Positions 26,998 to 27,068 of a stretch of DNA of 27,068 bases are shown here, piece after piece. The notes beneath the pieces are model-generated. The model was not told where the DNA came from. It was given only the letters and a program-made list of their open reading frames with translations, and searched no databases. Position 1 is the stretch's first letter; every line of letters begins with the position of its first letter. The stretch is taken from the NCBI GenBank assembly GCA_041736305.1, contig JBGSTX010000220.1, positions 1-27,068 of the forward strand, given 5' to 3'. Position numbers and translations under genes: made by a program. Source of the stretch: Oligoflexus sp. (GTDB taxonomy: Bacteria; Bdellovibrionota_B; Oligoflexia; Oligoflexales; Oligoflexaceae).

Positions 26998-27068
26998 ACC
27001 CCGCTCTCGGGGTTTGGTCCATGTCTTCCACCCGGACTGTCTCACGATAGGAGGTGGAAATCACCGTC
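26998..27068. other. Structured intergenic element (two hairpins); possible cis-regulatory RNA truncated by the window edge
   Basis: ACCCCG-CTCT-CGGGGT hairpin, then TTCCACC...CTGTC-TCAC-GATAG...GGTGGAA. Confidence 0.35.

Overview
Bacterial chromosomal window; the gene style suggests Bdellovibrionota/Oligoflexia, which is an inference and unchecked. From left to right it holds: trpG (partial) and trpE; a TMTC-like multi-TM plus TPR protein; a lower-GC island (~4520-9310) of four predicted lipoprotein genes; a minus-strand menaquinone operon (menG-F-D-A-C-E plus an HI0933/YhiN flavoprotein, with no menB or menH); a divergent long-chain polyprenyl synthase and GbsR-type regulator; a tandem pair of 7TM sensors; a convergent stand-alone receiver; and pfkA-menI. 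Each lipoprotein gene has its own sigma28/FliA-type promoter, and three have their own intrinsic terminator. Three of the four lipoproteins share an acidic N-terminal domain ending in an (F/L)xL motif and carry differing C-terminal segments. The 7TM pair carries pseudo-receiver and RsbW-like GHKL domains, intact in one copy and degenerate in the other. The two best candidates for an undescribed system are the sigma28-controlled modular lipoprotein array and the kinase/pseudokinase 7TM pair. All alignments were done by eye and no database searches were run.
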